This document shows positions 11,797 through 25,489 of a DNA stretch of 64,000 bases, piece after piece (positions within the stretch are counted from its first letter, which is position 1; each line of letters begins with the position of its first letter). The notes below the pieces were generated by a model. The model was not told the origin of the DNA and searched no databases. It saw only the letters and a list, made by a program, of their open reading frames with translations. A program made the position numbers and the translations under genes. The stretch is from contig NC_068984.1 of NCBI RefSeq assembly GCF_001194135.2, forward strand, positions 15,047,058 to 15,111,057. The letters run 5' to 3'. The DNA is from Octopus bimaculoides (Eukaryota).

Positions 11797-12215
11797 TCTT
11801 ACTCTTTTACTTGTTTCAGTCATTTGACTGTGGCCATGCTGGAGCACCGCCTTTAGTCGAGCAAATTGACCCCAGGACTTATTCTTTGTAAGCCTAGTAT
11901 TTATTCTATCGGTCTCTTTTGCCGAACCACTAAGTTACTGGGACTTAAACACACCAGCATTGGTTGTCAAGCAATGTTGGGAGGACAAACACAGACACAC
12001 AAACATACACACACACACATACATATACATATATATATATATATATATATACACAACGGGCTTCTTTCAGTTTCCGTCTACCAAATTCACTCACAAGGCT
12101 TTGGTTGGCCCGAGGCTATAGTAGAAGACACTTGCCCAACATGCCATGCAGCAGGACTGAACCCGGAACCATGTGGTTGGTAAGCAAGCTACTTACTACA
12201 CAGCCACTCCTACGC
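11797..12215 (-). mobile_element. SINE family B
   Basis: Full-length reverse copy. Confidence 0.9.
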
Positions 12216-12599
12216 CTTTAACTTTATATATACAGGTACACACACGCACACACACATGTGTGTGCTTCTACATGTAAATATCAGTGAGGCAACACAAAAG
12301 CAGTACCCTTTAAGCAAAGTTCCATGCAATACTTGCTCTGCACTGAGTTACACACACTCCTTTGTCTTTCTGTTAGAAATGCAATGAACCAGTGAGTTGG
12401 CCTGTTTGAAACTCATAAACCAACAATACTGTTGATTGAAAGAGAACCATCAAGTAATTGAACCATTTAAATCATTTCGACAATATAATTTCCAGTATCA
12501 AGTAACATAGAAATATTAAATATCTGAATATGAAATTAACTAAGCAAAACAGGAAATATCAGCTCTGTTCAAAGAATGTTTATTGGCAATTAAAAATGG

Positions 12600-12990
12600 C
12601 GACAATGATGACGGTAGCAACGATGACAACACTGATGATGATGATGGTGGTGGTGGTGGCGGCAGTGATGATGATGGTGTTAATAATGATGATGATGGTT
12701 ATGGTGATGACGATGGTGGTGGTGGTGATGATGGGATGATGATGATGATGATGATGATGACAACCATGACAATAATCATGATGACAATGCTGCTGATGCT
12801 GACAATGATGACGGTGGTGTTAATAATGATGATAATGGTTATGGTGATGATGATGGTGGTGGTGATGATGATGACAACTATGACAATGATCATGATGACA
12901 ATGCTGCTGATGATGATGACAATGATGATGGTGGTGGTGATGATGATGACAATAATAATATCAACAAAACCAATAATATTTACGATAACA
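12600..12990. repeat. Compound (GAT/GGT/AAT)n trinucleotide repeat
   Basis: Direct reading; source of poly-M/poly-D ORFs. Confidence 0.9.
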
Positions 12991-13860
12991 ATGAACTTTT
13001 ATTTCTTTTGTTTACAAGATACATTGCTCTTTCTGTGGCCAGTATGGAGTCTATAGCTGGTGGACTCAGTGCTTGATATATTACTGGTACTGATTTTATC
13101 ACCTTCAGAATGGTGAAAAATAAAAGTCAGCTAAAGTATAATTGAGATCCAGAAAAATATGAGCATCTATTAAGAGCTTTCGAAGGAACAAAGAAACAAT
13201 ACAGAAGGTGTGTGTGTGTGTTAAAAAAAAACAAATGGAATCAGAACAACTCTAAGATGGTTACTGCACCAAAAACTCCACTACAGTGATGATGATGATG
13301 GTGGTGGTGGTGATGATGCTGCTGATGATGAGGATAATGTGATGTGATAATAAAGTTTTCTCAAATGAGGCCTTCACACTAATAGGATTTATGCTGACAA
13401 GAAAATCTTATTGGCACAGGTTTGCCAAAAATTGAAGTAAGCACTTCAGAGAACTAAGTGGTCAGTCTGGTTCTTGTGAAAAAGATATTAATGCTAAGAC
13501 TAAACTAAATTTTAAAAAAATTATAAAAAAAAAAAGTGAACAGAAGCCAATCAACAACAAATTAAAATACAGAAAGCAAAATATATTTGAAAAAAAAAAA
13601 AAATAATGACAGAAAATTAGGAACAACACACGATGGTTTCTAGTTACTTTAGCAGCACCATGCCAGAATGAAGAAATAAAACAACACCTATGAGATATTT
13701 TAAAGAAAAGAAGCACAACTCAAACATCCAACAATAACAACAACAGTAATACCAATTACAACAACAACAACAAAAATTTACAATAAATTAAAAATGCTTT
13801 CTTTGCCAGAGAATAAAGCAACGTGACTATTTACACAACTCAAAGACAGCTGGTACTTAC

Positions 13861-13905
13861 TGATAATGCACAAGGGCTCATAGCTGAGTAGAGAGCCATA
13901 TTCAC
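13861..13905 (-). CDS. Candidate exon 5 (cytoplasmic tail)
   Basis: Strong acceptor tattatctatttctgttatag and donor A|gtaagt; 45 nt, open in phase 1 to 1: (G)EYGSLLSYEPLCII. No homology evidence. Confidence 0.5.
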
Positions 13906-14523
13906 CTATAACAGAAATAGATAATATATGCTGCAGTATTTCAAAGGGTTCTTGACATTTTAAACTACATAAGATCCCATGCTAAAGGGGTTAAAGCCAA
14001 TGAGGGCATTTGTTTTATGCCACTAATCTCACCGTAAAACAATCAATAGAAACAGCAACGACAACAATGGCAACAACAGCAAAATGGCTTAAATAATATC
14101 TGGAGAAGATGTATGGAATATGTAAGGGCCATGACACTGCATCTCAGACAACAGTGTTGTCCAACTTGCTAGAAATAGCAACTAAATCTCCCCATCTCAG
14201 AAAAAAAGAATTGCCCTGCCCTAGAAAAAAGGGAGACAAACTGGATAATTTATTCCTGAGATGCCTCTAAAAAACAGGGTGTCAGAACCAAAAGGCTTAT
14301 AATCACGATTTTGCTTCATTAGGGTTGACCTGTGGTTAAATAACAACCAAACAGAGGATCAAGAATTATGCAATACCACATCTGAGCTTTTGCTACATAA
14401 AAAGCACAGATGTGCTGGTACGGGTGCATTTTTTATGCACCCGTACCAGCACCACACAAAAGGCACCTGTGCCAACATGTCAAAGAACACCCATGCCAGC
14501 ACCATGCAAAAAGCACTTGTGCC

Positions 14524-14844
14524 CAGAGCTGTGGAGTCAGAGTCAGAGTCGTGGAGCCGGAGTTGGAAACAATTAAGGGGTAGTTGGAGTCAGAGTCAGT
14601 ATAGTTTTACCGATTCTGATAACGACTCACAATATCTTTATTCGTTGATATAAACCAGTTATAACATATAGACCTGCTCAAACTATAAGTGTATGCATAT
14701 GCTTTGAGATATGTAGACCACAATCACTTAATTACATAAAGAGGACTCAGAGTCGGAAGTGCCAATAGTACAGGAGTCAGAGTCGAAGGTGCCAATAGTA
14801 CAGGAGTCAGAGTTGAAGTCCTTTGCTTCAACTCCACAAACCTG
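14524..14844. mobile_element. hAT-type MITE with internal gagtc-rich repeats, inserted in a family C element
   Basis: TIR CAGAGCTGTGGAGTC/AACTCCACAAACCTG; 8-bp TSD CTTGTGCC at 14516-14523 and 14845-14852; ~30-bp tandem unit gagtcagagtcggaagtgccaatagtacag. Confidence 0.85.
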
Positions 14845-15374
14845 CTTGTGCCAGCACCCCATAAAAAAGCACCCAGCACACTCTGTAAAGTGGCTGGCAT
14901 TAGGATGGGCACCCAGCCATAGAAACCAAGCTAAAACAGACAACTGGAGCTTGGTGCAGCTGTCCTGCTTGCCAACTCCTGTCAAGTCATCCAACCCATG
15001 CCAGCATGGAAAATGGATGCTAAATGACAATGATGATGATGATGACTACAGTTCTGACTAAGCTTAGCTGAGCCAGCACTCTGTTAAATGAGTGCGTTGT
15101 TCCAGTTCTTTCTTCTATGTGCTAGACATCTACTTGAGCTAAGCTGGTCAAGGCTCAACAACAACAATAACATCAGGAACAGTGAAAACAAAAGTAAAAA
15201 AAAAAAAGCTAAAGCCAAAAAACTTATAGCTGCATGATTAAGGAGTTTGCCTGGCATCTATGTGGATTCAGGTTCCATTCCACTGCAGGGCACTTGGGGT
15301 AAGTGATTTGTACTGTGACTTTAGGTCAACCAAGGCTATATTATTTAAAGTTGATAGGTAGAAACTGTGTAGAA

Positions 15375-15606
15375 AGGCAGCGAGCTAGCAGAAACGTTAG
15401 CATGCTGGGCAAAATGCTTAGCGGTATTTCATCTGCCGTTATGTTCTGAGTTCAAATTCCACCGAGGTCAACTTTGCCTTTCATCCCTTTGGGGTCAATA
15501 AATTAAGTACCAGTTACACACTGGGGTCAATGTAATCGACTTAATATCTTCGTCTGTCCTTGTTTGTCCCCTCTGTGTTTAGCTCCTTGTGGGCAATGTA
15601 GAAATA
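15375..15606 (+). mobile_element. SINE family A nested in a family B copy
   Basis: 15-bp TSD agaaactgtgtagaa at 15360-15374 and 15607-15621. Confidence 0.9.
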
Positions 15607-16014
15607 AGAAACTGTGTAGAAGCCCATCAACTGTGTAGTTACTCCTGTTCTTAGGTGGTGGACTCAATCCATCACCTGATTTAATATCATTAGCAGACTC
15701 TCAGGTACCTTTTACAAAGTTCACCTTATCTTAAGCTTTCAGGTCAGGTCACCAGTAAAAAGGTAACTAGCTTACACCAGTTTCAGAAGCCTTGAAAAAA
15801 AAGGTCAAGAGTTCTTCCAATTTACTTTTGACTAAATCAGTCCTGAACAACCTGTCACCTGCAGGACTTTTTAAATAGCACACTTAATGTCCACCAAATG
15901 ATGTGCCATGTCTCATGTGTCCCACTTCTCAGAAAAAGGTTGCTCCTGCCTGATTTAAAAAAAGAGAAATGGGGGCTGTTGCCAAGTAAAAATACTCATT
16001 TCAATGCCATGTAA

Positions 16015-16522
16015 AAAGCAGCCATGCCAGTGCCATATATTGAGCTCCTATGTAGGTGCAACATGAAAAGTACCTGTCATGGTGCACCTGTGCTGGTACC
16101 ATGTAGAAAAGCACCTGTGCTGGTACCATGTAGGAAAGTACCTGTGCTGGTACCATGTAGGAAAGTGCCTGTGCTGGTACCATGTAGGAAAGTGCCTGTG
16201 TTGGTACCATGTAGGAAAGTAGCTGTTCTGGTACCATATAGAAAAGCACCTATGCTGGTACCATGTTGAAAAGCACCTGTGCTGGTACCATGTAGGAAAG
16301 TACCCATGCTGGTACCATGTAGGAAAGCACTGATGCCAGTGCCATGTGAAAATCACCCAGTACACTCTGTAAAGTGCCTGGGATTAGGGAAAGGGCCTGC
16401 AGCTGTTGAACCTATGCCAAAACAGACAACTGGATCCAGGTACAGCTCTCTGGCTGGCCAGCTCCTATCAATCCATCTAACCCATACCACCATAGAAAAC
16501 AGACATACGATGATGATGATGG

Positions 16523-16577
<55 letters not shown>

Positions 16578-16580
16578 AGT
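16015..16580 (+). mobile_element. Family C element with expanded 27-bp minisatellite and (GAT)n tail
   Basis: About 10 copies of cctgtgctggtaccatgtaggaaagtr (16080-16350), then the gattaggaaagggc core and a (gat)n tail. Confidence 0.8.
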
Positions 16581-17142
16581 TGAGAGTGTTTGAGTTCTAG
16601 AATTACATGTATGATTCAGAAATAAAGGACAATGAGATTTTCACAGACAGGATAGGATAGGATAGGATAAAAAAACAACAACAAAACTAAGTAAGCAAAC
16701 AATAAAGGTCTACAGTTTAAAAGATTACACCAAATATTTGTTTGTCTAGAACAATAGGACAGTTTATTAGAACAATTGAATTTGTTTGTTTGATATCACT
16801 AACTTGTCTCAATACTAACATAAACAACAAGACAACAAATCTACAATGAGGCCACTATGTGGTCACTCAAACTACTAGAAAAAGCAACCAAATCTTTATC
16901 AAATAATACCATCTTAAACAATAAGGGACACATGCAGTAACATAGGCCTAAATACCCCTAAAAAGGTTGGATGACTGCAGTTGCAACATTTTTTATCATA
17001 GTTCCCCAAATGATAATGAGTCTTCAAGGGAACCTTTATGTTGCTGCTCAATTTAGAAGAAATAACAGTTAAATCATCCTCAAACAAAATACTACCATCT
17101 TAAATTTGGAAGTCACATGAGATATAATATTCTCTTAGATTA

Positions 17143-17552
17143 CTCTTTACTTGTTTCAGTCATTTGACTGTGGCCATGCTGGAGCACCGCCTTTAGTCGA
17201 GAAAATCGACCCCTGGACTTATTCTTTGTAAGCCTAGTACTTATTCTACTGGTCTCTTTTGCCGAACTGCTAAGTTACGGGGACGTAAACACACCAGCAT
17301 CAGTTGTCAAGCGATGTTGAGGGGACAAACACAGATACACAACACACACACACACACATATATATATACATAAACATATACATATATATATGACGGGCTT
17401 CTTTCAGTTTCTGTCTACCAAATCCACTTACAAGGCTTTGGTCAGCCCAAGGCTATAGTAGAAGGCACTTGCCCATAGTGCCATGCAGTGGGACTGAACC
17501 TAGGACCATGTGGTTGGTAAGCAAGCTACTTACCACACAGCCACTCCTGCGC
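17143..17552 (-). mobile_element. SINE family B
   Basis: Full-length reverse copy. Confidence 0.9.
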
Positions 17553-18764
17553 CTATATATGATACGAAAATAACTACAACAACAACAGTAAATCTTCAAA
17601 GCAACTAAGAAAATTATTCTCAGGAGTCTTCTCTCTGTCTCTCTCCCCTCCAACAGAAATGTCTTTAAATGATTGTCTAACCTGCTGGAAATAACAGTCA
17701 AATCTCCTTCTAATCCTACCCTACTATCTTTAACAAAAAAGAAAAAGAAAAAATGCAAGGACACATTGTACTCCTAGATAAATTATGTCAGTAGGAAAAC
17801 TGATCATATAATGGGTCTGCTCTATCGAGGTTGACTTGAGACTAAATAGCAACAACAACAAAAACAGAATTAGATATTACTGTGACAACAATAGTAAATG
17901 TTCAAAGAAAGGATAAAAATTATATTCTCTCTCTCTCTCTCTTTTCTTTGATATACTTCAATATTTAGAGTCATTCCTCTGATCTCAATTAACAGTATAT
18001 TACAATATATTTCGATCAGAGAGCTTGCCACTTATAGATATTGTTGTCTTAATTCATATCTAGCAACAGAAGCAGACATTAATTTCTACTCAAATTCATA
18101 CTACAGTTATCTTCTAAATTCCTGTTTCTTCTTTTTATTAATCCCTCAATGTGCTTTAAGCATGAAACAGCCAAACAGTGGTGGATGTTTAAACACCTAC
18201 ACTTGGCTTATATGTCTCACAAGAAAATAACGTGATTAATCAGTAAGAGAGAAGAGACATGAGAAAAGCTAAAATTATTCTTCAATGTATAATGTAGGAT
18301 GACAAGGAATATAGATAATGTCTGACAATAGGAAAGAACGAGTAAACAATGGGAAAATAAATAGTGAAAACTGAAAGCAGGTGAACAAAAATAACATGAA
18401 TAACAAAAAAGAAAAATTAAAAGAAATAAAGATACTTGTTTTGTTTGTTTTTCATTTTTAAATATAAAATTAATTTTAATAAAAAGTTAATGAAATGAAA
18501 TAATATTGAAAAGAAAAATAATTGCTGAAGATAGAGAAATTTCCATTAACATGTTACCATGTCAACAAGTGGAATGGATTTGATCTTATTAGTCACATAT
18601 ACATCAGCAGGTTACTTTTAAAATAGCATCAGAGGAAAGAGAAACAAGAAAAGAACAGAACAAAACAAAACAAAACAAAAAAAAGAAAGAAATCTGAGTT
18701 TTGCCATTATTAAGATAAGAAATACATAAGAAATCCAACAGGAAATGCCAATCAAGACGATGAT

Positions 18765-18905
18765 GGAAGAAGAGAAGAGGAAGAAGAGAAGAGGAAGAAG
18801 AGAAGAGGAAGAAGAGAAGAGGAAGAAGAAAAGAGGAAGAAGAAAAGAGGAAGAAGAGAAGAGGAAGAAGAAAAGAGGAAGAAGAGAAGAAGAAGAAGAA
18901 AGAGG
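18765..18905. repeat. Purine-only (gaagaggaagaagagaa-like) tandem repeat
   Basis: Direct reading. Confidence 0.9.
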
Positions 18906-19220
18906 TTCATGTTAGATTGAGCTAGCATACTGTGCATTCCAAGGAATTTTGTCCCCAAACATGCAACATTGCAATAGCACTACAACTACTGTTACTATTC
19001 TTACTACTACTACTACTACTACTACGACGACAAAATGCACATACACACACACATAGATCCACACACAGAGCAGCATTACCATGATGCAGAAGCCCAATCA
19101 TTAAAGTCTATTTAGAATAGATATAAAAATAAAACAGCTTGTGACTGAGTTCATTACAGTTAAAAGACAACCAAGCAGAGGGAACAACATTTCCTGCAAC
19201 ACCCAACGTTTTTATATGAA

Positions 19221-19431
19221 TTAACCCTTCAGCATTTAAGCTGGCCATATTTGACCCAAATATTCGACCTGTTTTACATTCAAACCAGCCAGGGATAGCC
19301 TCTCACACACAACCTACAATGTTATTCTAAACTTAAACAATCTTATCATCAGCATCTTGAAGCTATGAGATAATGCAGGTTTAATTCAAAGCATTACATT
19401 TGACAGAGTAATCTGAATGCTAAGGGGTTAA
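19221..19431. mobile_element. Second TTAA/CCCTT MITE family
   Basis: ttaacccttcagcattt...tgaatgctaaggggttaa; decayed relatives near 1522-1721, 20107-20315, 31207-31540, 47428-47655, 52275-52497, 62919-63140. Confidence 0.8.
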
Positions 19432-19699
19432 ATCATGTGAGAGGACAAACCTACAACTTCATTGAGCGTATTTGGTTCAGTGGTGCCCAGTTCTCATTTC
19501 AATTCCTCTGAATGAGACACAATGGCATTTATAGATATCTCACACTGTCTCTATATTTTAGAAGTATCACATACATGCCTTTCCTGGGGACATTAGCAGA
19601 ATAAGAGAAATGAAAAAGCTAAGCTATTATGGTTACAGCTACATAAGCGGAGGATTTTTGTTTGTTTTGTTTTTTTCATGGCTTAACTCTGTATCATTC

Positions 19700-20107
19700 G
19701 AAAGCGAACTTGTGATGGCACCTGTACCAGTAGATCACTAAGAGTACCGTCTGAGCGTGATCGCTGCTAGAGCACCAGCTGTTACCAACGTCGCCTTCCT
19801 GGCACTTGTGCCAGTGGCACGTGAAAAGACATTTGAACGAGTTTCGTTGCCAGTACCACTGGTGGCACATAAAATACACCATTTTGAGCGTGGCCGTTGC
19901 CAGTACCACCTGACTGGCTTTTGTGCCGGTGGCACGTAAAAGCACCCACTACACTCTTGGAGTGGTTGGCATTAGGAAGGGCATCCAGCTGTAGAAACTC
20001 TGCCAAATCAGATTGGAGCCTGGTGTAGCCATCTGGTTCACCAGTCCTCAGTTAAATCGTCCAACCCATGCTAGCATGGAAAGCGGACGTTAAACGATGA
20101 TGATGAT
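19700..20107 (+). mobile_element. Family C (RTE-tail) SINE-like element
   Basis: Young-looking copy ending ggaaagcggacgttaaacgatgatgatgatg. Confidence 0.85.
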
Positions 20108-22134
20108 GTTACTCTGCCAAATGTAATGCTTATTTATTCACATTGTTTGGAGTTTATTATGCATTATGTTGTAGCTTTGAGATTTTGATGATATGACTGT
20201 TATTTTTAGAATGACATAGCAGGGTAGATGTGAGAGGCCTGATCTAGGTGATTTAAACATAAAACAGGTAGAATATTTGGGCTGGATACGACCGGGTTGA
20301 AAGCTAAAGAATTAAAAGGGAAGAGCTGTGTGCATGATCCTTTTGTAGGCATTCCAAGATTGATGAATGAAAGGAAGGAGTAATGCATGTCTCATGGTTC
20401 AAATTCTAGCAACAAAATGACCTTCACCAGGGCCATTCTATTGCTAGGATGGCAGATGAGAGCAAGGTGATGGTGCAAAAGCTGGCAAAAGATTAACATT
20501 ACTGGAAAGTCTTCATCAGAGATACACAACATTTTCAGAAAGTGGTTCACAAAATTCATTAGGTAAACTCCATGGGCCACCAAACATAAATACGCATTCG
20601 ATTGCATCATGCAACAACAACAACAAATAAAGGACATAAATTTCACTGACCAATACCCAAACTTTGGTATTAACCAAGTTGTGCATCACTGCACTAGAAC
20701 ACTTATAATATTTTAAACTATGGAAAGATTCTCTGGTGAAATATATCCTAATGATTAGCTAATTTATCTTTGATAATTTATATAATGGCTAAGTGGGGAG
20801 GAAATCGATACTCTAGAATACTTTTGATATTTTAAACTATTTAAGGCAGTAAGCTGGCAGAAACATTAGCATGCTGGGTGAAATGCTTAGCGGTATTTCG
20901 TCTGTCTTTACGTTCTGAGTTCAAATTCTGTTGAGGTCGACTTTGCCTTTCATCCTTTCGGGGTCGATAAATTAAGTACCAGTTGCATACTNNNNNNNNN
21001 NTTCCTCTTTGATAACTCATGTAATGGATAAGTGGGGAGGAAATCAGTACCGTAAGACCTTCTTTTATAGAACCTCCAAGACTGATGTGAGGAATGAAAG
21101 AGATTATTATCAGACAGGAGACTTGAGTTGTATACATACAACAGAGTGGACTCCACTAAAAGCCACTTATGGCCCAAGTGGTAATGCTAAACTGGATGAA
21201 GACTAAAGTCTACCATACAAAGTTACCAAATATTTTCTTGCTCTAATTTATAAAAGAAAGTGCTTCATCACTTCTCGACATACAAAAAAAAAAAAAGATG
21301 TTAAAAAATAAATACTTAAAATTAATTTGTGTCTCTGTCCTTTAAGAATCTGATATGTATTTCCTTTCAATAAACATCCTAATTTAGAAAGTCAAGTTAG
21401 TTCATGAGTCAAACTAACTTGCAATTAATTCGTTCTAATCTCCACTAATTAATCTCTAAAATAGTCTTGAAATGTTCTGTGAATTTGATTTAGATACAGT
21501 CAAAGAATATTTTAAGTATACTTTAGGCACCATAACAGTAGTATGAAAAATGTGAACATCCAAAGAATGTCCTGTTGTCTCACACAACTGAAGAAAATAG
21601 TGAATTCTTCCATTTGTAATACATCCATGTCTTTCTGGATCGTGTAAACTGGAAGTTGGATAAGTTTGCAAATGGTAGATGGATTCTTTTTTCTAACCCT
21701 GAACTACCTAACTTTTCTATGAGCGTGGTAGCTATTTTTGACCAGGATGACTGAGGCAATTTGAGTATCAACTTTATTTTTTGAGTAGCATCATGTTGGA
21801 TCTCTTTTTCTACCAGGTTCTCCTTTCAGAAGCACAAACTGAGCTGCAGCCTCTTCCACCAATTCCCTTCTCATGCCGAAATAAATGTTCTAACATTAGC
21901 ACAAGGTGATGGAATTTGAGGGGAAGGGGATTAGTTAATCTCTAGTATCCATTTACTTGTCTGCTGCTTTACTTTATCAACCCTCAAAAACATGAAAAGC
22001 ACAGTTGACTTTGGTGGGATTTGAACTCAGAACGTAAAAAAGCCAGAAGAAATACTGCATGGTAATTTTGTCTGATGTTCTAATGACTCTGCCAATTCAC
22101 TGCCTGCTTATGGCTAATAATAACAATAATGATA

Positions 22135-22671
22135 TTTATGGCATAAGAGCCATAAATACCAATGTGAGGTAACAGAGAATTGGTATGAGCATGTACCAAG
22201 TAAAGTTGTGCAGGAGGATGGAAAAGCAACAATATTCTGGGACTATGATTTTCAGACGGATCGTGTAATCGAACACCGTCGGCCGGATATTGTCATATTG
22301 AATAAGAGAGACAAATACTGTCAGATCATTGATGTAGCCATACCAAATGACATGAATGTTGTGAATAAAGAGGTTGAGAAAATCACCCAGTACTCCAAAT
22401 TGCAAGTGGAAATGGCAAGACTGTATGGAATGCGAGAGGGTAATGTTAAAGTGATACCAGTGGTGGTCGGAGTGTTGGGCTCAATCCCATTGAAACTTCA
22501 AGACTTCTTAAGGCAACAGGAAATCCCATGCAAGATTGATGTCTTGCAAAAAGCAGCCTTATTGGGCACAGCGCACATCTTAAGGAAAGTATTATCTGTC
22601 TGAGGTCCTTGTTGTGACTTGACAGATGACTAAAGACTCCAGTGCATTTTTACCTACACTGTGTTACAAGG

Positions 22672-22718
<47 letters not shown>
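22135..22718 (+). mobile_element. R4/Dong-clade non-LTR retrotransposon 3' end (restriction-like endonuclease)
   Basis: ORF to 22603: WYEHVPSKV..IFWDYDFQTDRVIEHRRPDIV..IIDVAIP..KE.EKI..Y..VIPVVVGVLG..LQKAALLGTAHILRKVL; (AAT)n on both sides. Confidence 0.85.
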
Positions 22719-22720
<2 letters not shown>

Positions 22721-24005
22721 CCACTGCCGCCATTGTCGTCACCACCACCACCATGGTTATTATTATTATTATTTAATGTCTGTTTTCCATGCCAGCATGA
22801 TTTGTATGGTTCAACTAAAGCTGACAAGCCAAACAGCTGCACCAGTTGTCTGCTTTAGCATGGTTTCGATACCTGGATGCCTTTCTTAATGCCAACCACT
22901 TTACAGAGTGTACTGGGTGCTCTTTACATGGTACCATCATCAGAGCTTTATACCAGCACTAAATGATATAATATAAAACTATATAAAAAATCATAACATA
23001 GTTATTAAGCTAATATATCTAATACAGTGAGCATTGAAAAGTGAATTAGAAATAATTATATGGTGAAGAAAAGGCAATTTTAATGGCTAATATTTTTTAT
23101 TATTCTATCAAGTATGGGAGACAACTGTAGACATGTTTTAATCTTACTTGACCTCTTCAACAAAAACACAGACTTCATCGTACTTGTCTAAGTAGTGATG
23201 ATGAAATAGCTAGGTATATATACACAACTAGGCATGACTATCACAACTTCAGAAAATAAATTACTGAGAGAAATTACTCAGGAATTCCATCAGCATGAAA
23301 AAGCAATAGATAAGTTAGCAGCAAACCCAGAATGCACAAGACTTAACAGCCAACAGTTCAACACTGCATTAACCATGATGACACTCATTCATCTACAATT
23401 GTTATTGTGGTTTAACCTATGGTCAGTCTTGATTGAGGAAACTTACGACTAAAGACATTCCAACCGTGACAATTCCATCTCATTTCTAAGCTCAATGTAT
23501 CTATGACTACATTATCCAATATAAACTTCCCTTTTTCAAGATGACTGGGTGTGAAGAGATTTAGCAGTTATTTCTAGCAGGTTGAATGATCACATAAATG
23601 CACTTTCCCTCCCTCCCTCTCTCATTAGCTCATACCTATTGTCGATCATACAGATGGCATCTCAGAATTATTTATTATCAAAGCAATTCTAATTTTCTAC
23701 ACAAACAAATATATATTTCTGTATATTTACTTATCTTCAACAAGTTACAGTGAGGCTATATATACTGGCAAAGAAGTTCAATGAAGCAGAAACATGCGTC
23801 TAATGTAGTGTTGAACTTACTAACGGTTAAGTCATGAGCTTCAGATAGCTAAAATAAATAAATAGGCTCTGTTCATTTAGACGAATTTTAGGAGACTGCA
23901 GAAAGCATCCACAGAGGTTGGCTATTGTGGAACACTGTAATGCAATTTATGATATATGTATGTGTATGTATATGTATGTATGTGTGTGTGTATGTATACA
24001 CATAC

Positions 24006-24065
<60 letters not shown>

Positions 24066-24073
24066 GTGTGTAC

Positions 24074-24143
<70 letters not shown>

Positions 24144-24878
24144 CTATATATATATATATATATATATACATATATANNNNNNNNNNNNNNNNNNNNNNNN
24201 NNNNNNNNNNNNNNNNNNNNNNNNNNNNNNNNNNNNNNNNNNNNNNNNNNNNNNNNNNNNNNNNNNNNNNNNNNNNNNNNNNNNNNNNNNNNNNNNNNNN
24301 NNNNNNNNNNNNNNNNNNNNNNNNNNNNNNNNNNNNNNNNNNNNNNNNNNNNNNNNNNNNNNNNNNNNNNNNNNNNNNNNNNNNNNNNNNNNNNNNNNNN
24401 NNNNNNNNNNNNNNNNNNNNNNNNNNNNNNNNNNNNNNNNNNNNNNNNNNNNNNNNNNNNNNNNNNNNNNNNNNNNNNNNNNNNNNNNNNNNNNNNNNNN
24501 NNNNNNNNNNNNNNNNNNNNNNNNNNNNNNNNNNNNNNNNNNNNNNNNNNNNNNNNNNNNNNNNNNNNNNNNNNNNNNNNNNNNNNNNNNNNNNNNNNNN
24601 NNNNNNNNNNNNNNNNNNNNNNNNNNNNNNNNNNNNNNNNNNNNNNNNNNNNNNNNNNNNNNNNNNNNNNNNNNNNNNNNNNNNNNNNNNNNNNNNNNNN
24701 NNNNNNNNNNNNNNNNNNNNNNNNNNNNNNNNNNNNNNNNNNNNNNNNNNNNNNNNNNNNNNNNNNNNNNNNNNNNNNNNNNNNNNNNNNNNNTATATAC
24801 ATATATATACATATATATACATATATATATATATATATAGATACATATACATATACATACATACACACACACATATAT

Positions 24879-24921
<43 letters not shown>

Positions 24922-25489
24922 TATATATTGCAATGCTGGTGAGGAAAGAGGTGATCAGGTTTCATTCGTAACTACTGAAAGCATTAGAGATAGAAAAAGT
25001 TAAATTTTTTTTTATGCACTGATGAGCCCAGTGAATCTGAGTGGAAGAGATTGCTGACGAGATACTGGGAACATTAAAGCTAAACCTACTATTACAATCA
25101 GTGCTTATCTAGAGATGGATTTCCTTCTTGTTTTCAAGCATGAGAACTCCTAATGTTCACCATGGCTTTAAATGTACTTAACAAATTTAGAGGCCTTACC
25201 TAATTCATTAAAACAAGAAGTGAACAAGCCAACAGTCAGCCTCTATGTGATTGCTTCAAAAGCTAGAAATAGCAGCTAAACCTGCTTCATATCACACCCT
25301 ACTATTTAAGAATAAAAAAAACCAGACATGAAGGAGACTTGGACAATGTAGGTCTAGGTAAAGAAAAAGATGGAACAACCATTGGTAGAACACCTTTAAT
25401 TAGTGGCCTGCTTCATCAGGGTAGACTTGAGACTAAACAACAATATAAGACTAATTTGATGTAGAAATAAAACTTGCTTGATGAATTAC

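Noticed and set aside
15776-15858. Open phase-1 candidate exon GDRLFRTDLVKSKLEELLTFFFKASETG
   Set aside because: Weak, purine-rich acceptor and no independent support.
16001-16593. Repetitive ORFs (PVLVPCRKV)n
   Set aside because: 27-bp minisatellite inside a SINE-like element; open in several frames.
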